From Vermamoeba vermiformis (lineage: Eukaryota), in assembly GCA_045837725.1 (NCBI GenBank), contig JBEWZL010000166.1, positions 310,001-374,000 of the forward strand: a stretch of 64,000 nucleotides of DNA, written 5' to 3'. Below the pieces are notes generated by a model that searched no databases, was not told where the DNA came from, and was given only the letters and a program-made list of their open reading frames with translations. Below, in pieces: positions 1-11,389 of the stretch. Position numbers and translations under genes: made by a program. Each line of letters opens with the position of its first letter. The stretch's first letter is position 1.

Positions 1-656
1 GTGCTCCAACGTCTTCTTGTGAACAGATTCGTACATGAGCTGAACTTGTTGCAAGTGCTCCTTAGAACGGTTACCGAGAATGTTGATCAAGACAGAGTCA
101 TCGGTACCAACACCCTTCATAGCGTGGTAAAGGTCGTTCGCGTCTAAAATCATAATTTTAGACTTTCGAAGATCGTTGGAAATTTGAATTATGCAGTAAA
201 TTCAAAAAAATTGATCTTACCCTTAGAAGGATCGCCAGGGGTGTAGGGAATAACAGGGAAGCCAGGAACTAAACCATTAGGAGGAACCATGCCGCCCATG
301 GCACCAGGAGCACCCATAACTGGAACGGCGCCAGGAACAGTGCCGGGAGCGCCGGGTTGCATAGGGTAGGGCTGAGGAGGGTAACCAGGCTGTTGTGGGG
401 GATAGCCTTGAGGAGGATAGCCTTGTTGAGGAGGGTATCCAGGTTGAGGCGGATAAGGTTGAGGAGGATAGCCGCCAGGCTGTTGTGGAGGATATCCTTG
501 GGGAGGGTAGCCTTGAGGTGGAGGATAGCCTTGAGGAGGATAACCCTGTTGAGGAGGGTATCCGGGTTGTTGAGGCGGATATCCTTGTTGTGGAGGATAA
601 CCTTGTGGGGGGTAGCCTTGAGGAGGGTATCCGGGTTGTTGGGGTGGTTGCGACAT
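1..656 (-). CDS. Annexin (annexin VII/A7-like, Pro/Gly/Tyr/Gln-rich N-terminus); 3' part runs off the window
   Basis: ATG at 656. PQQGYP repeats are followed by intron 220..144, then [34 protein letters not shown], which is the annexin repeat signature (AMKGxGTD). Confidence 0.93.
360..650 (-). repeat. Coding low-complexity (P)PQ(Q)GY repeat of the annexin tail
   Basis: Repeated ggatagccttgagg/ggagggtatcc units translating to GYPPQ. Confidence 0.9.
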
Positions 657-1529
657 CGTAGCTCGTGTGGTATTGCAAATTGAATAAGGCGATAAACTAA
701 AAAAAAACTTTCGTGAATTTATGACCGGTGATTTTTGCGAGGTTTTTCGTTGGCTCGCCAAAACGAAAATGGAATTGCACGGTTGACAAGGAGAGAATTC
801 CACTAGCGTGCATTCTATCGTAAGGAGGTCAAGATCGCGCTAAAGATGAGTATTGGAGGTCACGTAAGTGAATTTTCTAAAATTATACTTTGTGCATCTG
901 CCGTAAATTGTTAATTTTGGTATACATTATTTTTTGCTAAAGTACTCTAATTATGACTCTTATTGGGAATTAATTTTTCTAATTTTTCGTTAGTACGGCT
1001 AGATTTGAAATTTTAGTTGAACAAACCGACATTTTCTCAGCTAAAATGTGGCTGATATTTTTGAACTTGATTCTGTTTAACTTGAGCCGGCACTTTAGCA
1101 CTTGTGGCGTACAACGTATAAAAATTCGTAATACCCGTCGTCAATTCGCAACGTTAGAAAATTATTTGCGACTGTCGGATTTTGCTAACTCGACGCGTGA
1201 ATTAACCTTTTAACGTCTAATGAACCAAGCAGTTGTAGTGAGAGTTAGATTGGCTTGACTTCAACTGAAGTGGCAATGTCAAAGAATGAAACGACATTTA
1301 CAGAGTTATTTACAATTTATTCAAGCTAATAAATACAAGGGTTATTATTTACGTTATTGTAGAGCTCTTAAGACTCGACAACCGCATTATTTTTTTCGAT
1401 GGCAAACCATAAATTATTGATTATTGGTATTTGTGGCTTTTCCTTATTATTCGTCTTTGTTTTGTTTTTGAGTAATGATCCAAAATTGCTATAATACATC
1501 AAGTTGACTTCCGACAACTAGCTGAGGTC

Positions 1530-2858
1530 TTATTTAGCCTCAGTACTGAGACAATCGTACAACAATGCGTCCAATTGCTCAGTGTTCTCAATGCCGAATT
1601 CGCTTAAAGAAAACGGAAAACCATTAGCAGCTTGATCATGGAAAACGATCTCGCTACCGTTGGGGCGTTGAGGAGTCACTTGTGTATCTTCGCTGACGAT
1701 CATAGCGTTGTTGGGAAGATGTGCGGCTTGGATCTCGACTTGGAGGAGTTGTACCAAGTCGGAGAGCTGTCCCAAAGCTTGAGGAGCCATTGATCTGACA
1801 AAATTGCGAACAGATGAGATACGTTCGCTGCTGTTGAGCTTCTGTAGGCTCGAGACGGCACTGGCAAGCTTGTCTTCGACGGGTTCTTCCTTCATCTTCT
1901 TTGCAGGCTTTTCATCTTCGACGATGAGCTCCTCGCGCTTTCTTTTGCCGAGGACCTTCTTAGGCAGCGATGCACTATCGCCGTTAGAGGAGACGAGTTG
2001 AAGCAACTGTTTGATGTCACTTCCCATCTCACTCATCATCTCGTAGATCTTCTCCGTCGGATTCTTTCGCTTCTGACCAGTCTTCTTCTTATTGATCTGA
2101 TCAGGCTTAGAGACAGTCTTGATGGGCTCAGAGTAGAGAATGAGCGAGTTGTGTAAGAGGGTGTTGGAAACGGGTTCAAGTGCGGCAAATCTGATTCGGA
2201 ATAACATGTCTTCCAATTGACTAGAGAGCACCTAATAGAAAGGGATACGAAGTTCAGAGACTAGTACGAACAATAGATATAAAAACGATAAACTAGGGTA
2301 AATTTGTTGACCCGTAAGACAAAAAAAGAGATGTATCAACCGGACAAAAATGTTAAGTACTCAGGTCTCGTCTACACCCATAAAAAGCAAAAGAGTCATA
2401 AAAACAAAAGGTGAGTAACAAAGAGATACGAAAGAAATATAAAAATAAATGAAAAGAATAGCTACCTGAATCTTGCATTCGACTTCGACTTGATCACCCC
2501 TCTCGCTAACCTTGGTTGTATATTCCAAAGGTTTCTCTTTCACGTAAGGGACCTCGTTACATACATCGCTGTCAAAGCAGAGTTTAGCTTCCAGCTTCAT
2601 GTTCTTGAAGTTTATTTTTTGACCGGCCATTACGACATCAGAGCCCAACCCAAGGGTCACTGTGAAGGCGGTCTTCTTAACCACGACGTGGTAGTTATAG
2701 AAAAGGCCGGATCGCGAGGCTTGATCAGTTCCTTGCGACTCTTGCCTGATGAGTTTGAAACTAGTCACTTTTTGGACGTAGAGTGGGTTGTAAAACTCAT
2801 TCGCGAGGTCTCCTTGCGTAGCATTTGACGCGGGGACTTTATTAGCGTTCGACAACAT
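1530..2858 (-). CDS. CudA-family transcription factor-like protein (2 exons, intron ~2465..2232)
   Basis: HVVVKKTAFTVTL...KPLEY...VECKIQV|LSSQLEDMLFRIRF...SEPIKTVSKPDQ resembles the conserved core of Dictyostelium CudA as I recall it. Basic NLS-like patches follow. Confidence 0.72.
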
Positions 2859-3121
2859 TTTATTTCTCAAGCGAGGGAAAGAGAGAGTTTTGTGTTGTTG
2901 TTGTTGGTTGAGAAGAGGCGAAAAGAAAAGTTGCTGAAAACGCGATAAAACTTTTGGGCAAAAAAACATGCGAAAAAATTGGGAACGAACTAAAATTGAT
3001 AAAATTAGCATGCACGTGGGAAGCGAACTGTCATATCAAATTTCCAACGATAGAGCTAGTCATTAGTACAATGTATTGTTTTATTTAGTCACAGTTATTC
3101 CCCGTCGAATGATAAGTCTAG

Positions 3122-6100
3122 ATGCAAGGATCGAAAGGCAACGACGACAGTAAGATCTTGCTTACTTTAATTGATTAAGGGCTCTCCTTAATTGCATAAT
3201 TCAATATACATCGTATATATAATTAATCAAGCAATGCGGCAATTATTTGACGCCAATGTGTATTTTAAAAAATAATGCAATTAATTATTATTCTTTTCGG
3301 GTTTCAGAAACAAGCCAAGCGGAGCGCTTTTCGTCGTTAAGAAAGCTATTTAACAAGACCGTACTGAAGCCGAAGCAAGATGTGTTGGCTGTTCCGAACA
3401 GTACCAGTATTGTAAGAAATAATGATGACAACGAGGAAGACATTGCTCGCTATGAAAAGAAAGATGAAGGAGAGCGATTAGAGAAAGAGCTGTCAGATAC
3501 ATTAAAAGATTGGACATATAACACCAAGTTGTCAGTTGCTGTGGCAGGCTCTAAAGGTGTCGGAAAATCATTGTTAATTAACACATTGTTGGAGACGACC
3601 TATGAAGACAAGCAAGCAGCTCAACAAATGTCAATAGAGGACGATGCACCGAAGAAGCCTTATAGGCCACGTTCGAGCTATGGATTCAGCTCTTCAACGG
3701 ATACTGCCAATGACCAGATGAATGAAAGCAGCGAGGATTCGTCAGATGTAAGTGCTCCGATCTCTGGTTCTTTTGTATACTGATTATGATTTTCTGTCTT
3801 AGTGGTTGAACAACGCGTCCTCGAACCCTTATCGTCCTCGTTCTAATGTAAAGAAGTATAATCAAGCCACTGCCTATGCATTCGAGGGGTCGTTTGACAC
3901 GTCTTCGCCAGCTAAGCCTGCGCAGGAAATTGCAAAACCAGCCAACAGGACCCCCGTGGGCGGTCTTGGAATACTTGATGTATATAAGGACCTTGACAAA
4001 AGACTCCCGCAGAGGACGGGATCCAGCACTTCTTATAGTAAAGTTACAGCAATGGAAGAAGACGACGAGACTGACGACGAGGACGACTTCCAAATGCAGA
4101 TTAATAAGCCTAGAAAGAGTACATACAAGCGAGCCACAGCATATATTTTTGATGACAACGCCTCGCTCCAAACAACTTCAGCCCCGAAGAAAGAGTTCGA
4201 ATTTGACGTGCCTCAAATCGACAAGACATTTGAAATGGACGATGAATTCGTGCAACATATTGACTGGGAGAAGGAGCGAAATAATAAGAACGAATACAAG
4301 GACTTCTTGACAACGAATCAACTGAAGCCCGACGACAGCAAGCCATTCTTGTTGCCTCAGGGCGAGGGTGGTGCACCTGCTTTCATGCTACGTTACGGCA
4401 AGATACCCTGAGGCTATCATTAGTTTCCCTAAAGACGGCGAGCTGAGGCTGGCACTGTGGGAGTTACACGAGATAGCCATCGGTACGAAGCGACCTCAGA
4501 GCGAAGAACATTTGGCTACTCTGCAACGCCGTTATCGAAGGCTTTTAGGCCTTGCAGAGACGGCTCCTGTGCCACTACCCGACATCGCCGCACCACAAGA
4601 CTTGCCTTTGTTGCCAGAGGTCAAAGCATTGTTAGGCAAAAACTATCGCTTTGCTGGTCGTGGTCGCGACCCTGAAGAGGACCGCATTTTCATTCGAGAA
4701 AAGCTCACTGAGGTCTCGAAGAAGTACGGCGATTACATGTGCAGACTGATGGTGCGCGTGCCTGCAGGATTACTTGAAGGCAACAAGGAACTGATCGAAG
4801 TGTCTGGCGTATATAGCTCTGATTTGAACACCAAACTTGCTCTTCAAAATGCGAACTTGCTCATGGTGGCAGTTGATAGAGTAAGTACATAAGATGTTCG
4901 TTTAACAATCAAATCTAATCTTCTCAGAAACGTGGTATTACGGGTGATCTTGCTGCTTTGGTTAAGAACTCTGGCTTGGCAGAGAAGTTACTGTCTGATC
5001 CAGAGCAACACAAGGCAATCTTCATGGAGCTCGAAGAAAAGAGCAAGGTCGTGCTGCCGCACGAGATGCTTGACTCAATGGACGATGACAAGTTCCAACA
5101 ATTCAAGGAAGGTTTAAGCGTGCAATGGAAGCAAGTCATCAGACAGTCAATTCCAACGGCCCTCAACAACCCTAGTGCCGCAACTCAAATGCCATCAAAG
5201 AACAACCCGTTTGCTGCGTTCACACCGGAGAATATTGACAAGTTGGTGAACGAGCAAACAGAAGTTGTGTCAGTCAAGCCAGTGCTCTTCTCGGCCATCC
5301 ACAACAAAGAGAGTTTCCCATCGGAAATGCTCGAGGGTTTGAACGTGCGTGAAGTTCTATCGAAGACGGCAGTCCCATCGATCATTTCTGAAGTTCCAAA
5401 CCGTGCTATTGCAAAGGCAGCTAAGCCAATCAAAGAGCTTAGCAACATGCTGTTAAATCAAATTCATCACGAAGCTCAGATGTTGAAGACAATGGAAGAT
5501 GAGAGCGTATCTGTTGCACCGAGCGGACCTGGAGCACCACCTCAAATGTTCTACGAGCAAAAGATCGAACGAATGATCACGGAGTTTGGATTGACAGTCG
5601 CCCAGTTTAAGACGGACTTAGCGCATAGAGCAACTACCATCGAGACTGGCCTCGTCGCTAAAACAAAGGAGTTTGTTAAGCAACAAAACGAAGCCGTCTC
5701 AAGAAACATTAGACGAAGCACGAGCTCAACGGGACTTAACAACAACAATAATAACCGAAGCACGTCGCCGTTGCAGCGAGAAGAGGACTTGATGGAGTTG
5801 GAGCGCTTCGAGCACTTGAACATTGAGGAGTCAACGCCCGTGCCTATTATCGACATAGCAACGAGTGTTTGGAGAGCACTGATTCAAGAGATTCCTACCA
5901 AGATTGACAGAGTGCTTCTACAATCCACTCAAATGTTGCGTGAAATTTCATCCGTGATAGTTGCGTACTTGTCCGATTCGTCGATGCAGCACGATGAAGA
6001 GAGGAAGACGAAGTTACGCAAGTTGGATGAATTCTTGCGCCTATCACACGAAAAGGTAGTGCAGAGATTGAACGTGCTGGATCAAGTCTTCAGACACGAC

Positions 6101-9100
6101 CCTTCAAATCTGATCCGAGAAGCGTGTGTGGCGGCTTTACCAGTACAAAAGCGCAACCAACAAGTGCTCGAGTACGGCGGAGATGAGGCGTTGAAAGCAT
6201 CAGCCAATGTTAAAAAGAAGTTTGGCGACGTCGTGACAATCGCTCTTGACCACCTCGGTCAGCTAGAAAAAGATCTCATCAAAGTAATAAGGACTGTTTT
6301 GTTGGCTCTGAAGTCACCTAATTTCAGCTTGGCCCCTTCAGCCGTCTCTACTCTCACTGGACCGACTCCTGCAGCTCAAAAGACACCTGCTCTCGGGTTC
6401 AACAATCAATCCTCTGTCGTCAACATTGCGGTGCCTGGTGATATCGAGAATAGGAAGCGAAAGCGCACGGCTTCAGTGACCAACAACGACTCAGTTGTGT
6501 TTGACTCGATGGTGTTGCCGCAAGTACCTGAGAACCGACCGATCCACGCTATTCCTACTCCTTTTGGTCCCAGCAACACATCGCTCATACAACAAGCTTT
6601 CATGAATAATAACACCAACATCACCCCGCGACAATCTTACACAACAGTATTCAATCGAGACATTTACTCGCAATTGTCTTCGATGATTGTGCCAGACCAC
6701 ACTCAGTTCTTACAGTCCTTCGTGGACAAAGGTTATAGAATTGATGAAGTCAAGTACGACGGCAATCAACAATTCCGAGCCTTAGCCCATCAGGTAAGCT
6801 ACTTATTTCGTAGATTTGATTACTTACGCACGGGTTAGATTTACGGAACTGAGCACTCTCATGCCATTGTCCGAATGTTAATTGCGAGCGAGATCTTGGC
6901 CAACCCTAATTTGTATGAAAAGTTCATCGACATACCGGGAGTAGGCTTGCAAGAATACGTGCAGGTACGTTAAGGCTATCAGCTGGTAGTGCCACTCGTA
7001 CTAACCTCATACACTAGATTATGTCTCGTGAAGGCATGAAGGGAGACCACCTCACCTTAACAGCATTCGTCAACTATTATGGTGTTGACTTGATGCTCTA
7101 CTCACCAGCAATTGAACATCCTGTGCTTATTCAGTCGCGCAAGAACGTGGCCAGCCCCAAAACACTGCAATTGCTAGTGCTCGCAGACCATTACCGATCG
7201 TTGGTCTCACTCAAGGAAGTGTTGCTAAGGAACAAGCTCGAAGCGTTCCGCACACAAACGATGATGAAGCTGATGCACAATCAGGAAAACGACACATCTG
7301 AGGACAGGTACGTCTTGTTTACGAACGACATCGAAAAAAGCCGAAATCGGCGTTCAACTATCCGACATGGTGTAGGGGTTCAGCATATCCGCCTGTCACG
7401 CGGGTGACCCGGGTTCGATTCCCGGTGTTGGAGATTTCTTTTTTTACTTCCCGTCCTACCTGCACCTTTTTTTTGTTGCCTAGCTACAACCTATTTTATG
7501 CAATTTCAATCATTACAAAACTAAACATTTAATTTTTGTAATCGAACTGCACTTGGATACATACTAACCGTGATTTTAACAGTGATGACGAAGGTGATCC
7601 TGAACGCCTTAAGCGCCAACCAAAGCGTGCTCGGGCTTCTGACGATCCTTTACAACGGGTTGAAGAGCGAAGGAAGAAGGACCGCGAGAAGAAGATGAAA
7701 TTGCGCGGTTTAGGTCCTGCTAGTTTGAGTCAGCTCTGTTTAGAACGAATAGTGCACGCTATTGATTACTTTGAATCATTTTCTGGCAAGCTCCCACAAG
7801 AATTGCTCTACGAGTTGCTAGCAAAGCTTGGTGAGAATAAGAAACTGTCAGACAAGACAATCGCCAAAGTGCTGGATCCGTCGTTGCAGCGTTTTGTATT
7901 GAAGGGCCCTTGTGCTTCAGTGACAGATCTCACAATGTTCCAGCTCAGTCGGCGTTGCAAAGGACTGCAAGAGCTGCATTTGGTCAGTTGTTTTACGATA
8001 TCAGATCGCAGCATGCAACAAGTCATTCCGAACTCCCCTGAACTCGAGCACATCGTCATCAATAACTGCCCTCAAATAGGAAACTTGGTACGTTCCATTG
8101 CTTATCTCCTCGTTACTAAAACTAATATTTCTTTTGTTCAATAGACAATCCAAGAGATAGCTCGTAATTGTCCCAAACTCACAAGCTTCACATTGATCCA
8201 ATCTATGCAAGTTACAGACATAGCCATTCAAGAGTTGACTCTTGCGTGCCCCTTACTCGTCAATCTCGTCATCAGCAGATGTCCGCGCATCACTGACGTG
8301 TCGTTAATGTACCCACCTCGTGGTCTTCAAGTGTTCACGCTTGCAGATTGTCCGCAAGTGACCGATGCAACGGCAATGGCTCTAGCACGAAACTGCGGTG
8401 CTTCTCTTCGCGCAGTACGATTTGGACGTCACGTGATTGACGCGTCAGTTGACAGTCAAACAGCGGGCAGTAACCCTGGAGGCACAATGAAGATCACTGA
8501 TCAAGGCATCTCGTTGATTGCAGCAGCTTCACCAGGTCTCGAGGCCATTACCCTGACCGCTCAAAATGGTGATTTGGCTGTAGCTGCACTAGGTCATCAT
8601 TGCAAGGGCCTGTTGACACTCGATGCTACTGGCAGTCAAGTCACTGACCGAGCTTTTGTTGGCGACAATGGCATGCCAGCACAGAACAATCAACAGCCGG
8701 CACAGCTCTTAAATAACCAGCAAGGAGCGTTCATGAACAATCAACCAGGCCTCGTGTTGAACAATCAAGTCGGACCGATGATGCCAGCCCAACCAATGCC
8801 TCAACCACAGATTGCCATCGAAGCTTCAGTCTTCCCTCATCTTCAAAAGCTCGTTCTGGCGCATTGTGTGGCAGTTACAGATCTGACGATCTCAGCTGTG
8901 GCGCGTCACTGTCCTGACTTGAAACACTTGAATGTTGCACACTGCGAGCGACTGACCGACGAGTCAATCATTCAAATAGCAGAACGATGCCCTCGCCTCT
9001 CTATTCTTGATGTCACCAAGTGCACAAACTTGACTGACCGGGCAATCACAGCAGTGGCTCGGTATTGCCGTGATTTGAAGAAAATCATCATGCCGAACTG

Positions 9101-9848
9101 CAGTCTCGTGTCAACACAGTCACTTGAAGAACTGGCCGCTAATTGTCGCGAGCTTGTGCACGTGAACTTGTCTCGCTGTGATGGCGCGACTGACGGGTAA
9201 GTCATATTGATACTACAATAGGATCGATGAATATACTAATATCATTATAGTACCCTCGTCAAGTTGGGCATGAACTGTCCCTTGCTGCAAATACTAGAGC
9301 TCGAGGATTGCACGAACATCACTGAGAATGGCATAGTCTTCGTGACTAGCAAGTGCACGCGCATTACGGTGCTCAAGATTGGTTATTGTGCCTCACTGAC
9401 TGACAACGGACTGTTCCAAATCAGTCAATCGTGCTCTCAAATACGCGAACTAGACCTCTCGCAATGTCAGCAAATTACAATCGCAGGCTTGCAACGAGCT
9501 CTGGATAACTTGCCCGTGCTTAGCAAGTTGAATGTGATGGGCTGTCGTGGTGTAACGCGCGTCGAAGGAGCACATCCACCTGCTTTCTTGTCGCATCCAC
9601 CGCTTGAAGAGATCAACTTGTCATGGTGCCAAAATATCGACGACCAAGCTATTCTCGATCTATCAATGGGCTGTCCGAACTTAATCAAGGTGGATTTGGC
9701 TTGGTGCAATAGATTTGCCGGAACTTCCTTACCAACACTCGTTCAGCAATGCACTTCGCTCAAATATATCAATCTGCGTGGCTGCACCAAAGTATCGCAA
9801 CTTACAATGCAGTACTTGTCCTCTGCTGGCGTGTTCATCTGGCGTTAG
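3122..9848 (+). CDS. Large multidomain protein: dynamin-like P-loop region, helical region, OTU-like domain lacking the catalytic Cys, and a C-terminal cysteine-containing (FBXL/AMN1-type) LRR array
   Basis: VAVAGSKGVGKSLLINTLL (Walker A); VKYDGNQQFRALAHQ|IYGTEHSHAIVR...DHYRSL (OTU-like); many LxxLxLxxCxxITD repeats. GT-AG introns join the ORF pieces (e.g. 3150-3306, 7308-7582). The ORF pieces overlap out of frame near 4370-4411 (possible indel). The start codon is inferred. Confidence 0.75.
7361..7433 (+). tRNA. tRNA-Asp(GTC), intronless, located inside an intron of the host gene
   Basis: Acceptor TCCGACA/TGTTGGA; anticodon stem TCCGC/GCGGG with loop CT-GTC-AC (7395-7397); T arm CCGGG-TTCGATT-CCCGG; followed by an oligo-T Pol III terminator. 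Confidence 0.95.
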
Positions 9849-10271
9849 AAGCGAATCCGATTCTTTCAGCATTTAATTGCGATACTCTCACTTGTAAATA
9901 TTATGATTTGTGTTTATAGTCTACCAGACATTTTGTAAAATTGTAAATAGCCTCAAAATATCTTTTCCAACGAGTACATCTTGTGTTTTTCCTAATTATT
10001 CGGTTCAGCCTTGCTCCTTCGTCTATTTATTGATAATGCATAAACTTTGAAAGTAGGTAATAGTAAAATTCGGTCTTATTTCACACTCTGTATTCTTGGT
10101 ATTGCTGTTCAAGTACGCAATTTTACTTGAAAAAAACGGTCAGGAATAAATACTGACGTCGAGCGAATTTTTAATTCATTCAACCAACAAGTCAATTAAG
10201 ACAACACACAAGACATTGTGCTAGAACTAATCTAGCGCTAGACATATCCCAATCTATCAACAGATTCGAAG

Positions 10272-11012
10272 ATGACCGAAAAGAGAGTTCACGGTCTTTT
10301 TGCTTTTTATCGCACCAAGGAAGGCGAAACTCCTCGCTTAATTGCATCTGCAATTGATACATCTGGATTTAGCCTTATTAAGCGTCCATTTGCTGCTGAA
10401 GGTAAGCAATAAATAATAATTTTTTCGCAAATCTCAAACAATTTCAAATAAATTCAATTTCGGTTGAAAATATAACAATGATAATATGATTAACAAAACA
10501 ATTATATAGGTGTCAGATTCTACGCTCGTGAAGTCGTTCAACGTACTCCCAGCGGATCTCGGGCTTCAGTCTCTAAAAATGAATACAAGTGCTTAAGCTT
10601 CGTCGATACTGATGGTATTGCTTGTGCTATCATCGTTAGTGAAGCCTATGATGAACGACCTGGCTATTCAGCTCTTGGCAAGACCTTCCAATTAATTCGC
10701 AAGTCCGAGATTTACAACAAGTTCCGCGCCACATGGCCCAAGGCTGATAAGGACATGAACTATAAGGAATTGGAAGGTGGTATGGCTGAAATCATGAAGC
10801 AATATATGGATCCCTTGAAGGCCGACAAACTTTTGGCGATCAAGTACGAGCTCGAAGAGACCAAGCAGATCATGTACAAGAACATTGACGACTTGCTCGC
10901 AGCCAACGAGAAGATTGAAGACTTGGTGCAAAAGTCCAACGACCTTGCTGAATTGTCCAAGGGCATGGCTCGTAAGGCTAAGGACCTCAACAGATGCTGC
11001 ATCATTTTGTAA
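10272..11012 (+). CDS. Ykt6-like longin R-SNARE with C-terminal CCaaX (2 exons)
   Basis: N-terminal longin domain, then DPLKADKLLAIKYELEETKQIMYKNIDDLL...EKIEDLVQKSNDL...KAKDLNRCCIIL. Intron ~10402-10509. Confidence 0.88.
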
Positions 11013-11114
11013 ATAGCGAACAATATTACCTGTAAATAGTTAAAATGTATTATAAAAGCGACAATAATTTGTCGTTCAAACAAAATAGTCTCTACCCCTC
11101 AAATCAAAGGTAAA

Positions 11115-11298
11115 ATGAGCGAGAAGTATTTACTTGCGCAGGCTCTAAGCTATTGTAACCCCTAGGTTAAAAGCAGGCGACCAGAAAGGCGTAACGAGGG
11201 AACACCTGATGCAGAAAAAGCGTAGAGGAAACATATGCTGTAATAAAAAGTGTATATCCAGCGCCAATCAACGTCCCGAGCCCGGCGCCGCACCATAA
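11115..11298 (+). CDS. Possible 47-aa microprotein (2 exons)
   Basis: ATG at 11115; a 40-nt GT-AG intron (11126-11165) gives MSEKLKAGDQKGVTREHLMQKKRRGNICCNKKCISSANQRPEPGAAP*. No family recognised. Confidence 0.3.
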
Positions 11299-11389
11299 AG
11301 GTTGTTATTATACTTTGTGCGTTATTACAATATTAATAATAAGTCGGTACAAATTTTTTTAACTACGACAAGATCCCGTACTTTTGAAT

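Noticed and set aside
277-683. Overlapping ORFs over the annexin repeat, and antisense ORFs over actin and other genes
   Set aside because: These are shadow frames of repetitive or codon-biased coding sequence.
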